From the sequence record SRR31156797_4828: a DNA stretch of 31,352 nt. One strand, 5' to 3'. The stretch's first letter is position 1; each line of letters opens with the position of its first letter. Under the pieces are notes generated by a model. It worked only from the letters and a program-made list of their open reading frames with translations. It had not been told where the DNA came from and did no database searches. This document shows positions 31,164 to 31,352 of the stretch, piece by piece. Position numbers and translations under genes: made by a program.

Positions 31164-31352
31164 TTAAGCTTGGATTGAAGTTACAACGCCTGAACCAACA
31201 GTACGTCCGCCTTCACGAATTGAGAAACGAGTTCCGTCTTCGATAGCGATTGGGTGGATCAATTCAACGTCGATTGTTACGTTATCACCAGGCATAACCA
31301 TTTCAGTTCCTTCTGGTAATTCAACAACACCAGTTACGTCAGTTGTACGGAA
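31164..31352 (-). CDS. tuf: Elongation factor Tu, C-terminal fragment (5' end outside the window)
   Basis: Hand translation gives FRTTDVTG...EMVMPGDNV...[20 protein letters not shown]. Confidence 0.98.
   Translation of the reverse strand, partial: FRTTDVTGVVELPEGTEMVMPGDNVTIDVELIHPIAIEDGTRFSIREGGRTVGSGVVTSIQA

Overview
Core chromosomal region of a low-GC Firmicute, most consistent with Enterococcus (possibly the casseliflavus/gallinarum group; this is inferred from the protein sequences and not verified). Left to right: the 5' part of recG, fakA/DAK2, asp23-like and the divergent rpmB; a YfhO-family glycosyltransferase; an accessory divergent Rgg-type regulator/MFS transporter pair; truA-ecfT-ecfA2-ecfA1; the complete S10-spc-alpha ribosomal protein cluster on the minus strand (rpsJ to rplQ, including rpmJ and rpmD, which the ORF track misses); an accessory pdxK / MocR-regulator / NfrA-like flavin reductase module; and the 3' end of tuf. 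I found no transposase, prophage, CRISPR array, rRNA or tRNA. The window is mostly ordinary housekeeping DNA. The points worth follow-up are the two accessory modules with their candidate operators and a possible small peptide, several long imperfect intergenic hairpins, a symmetric bidirectional promoter, and structured ribosomal-operon RNA elements. None of these shows a new system from sequence alone.
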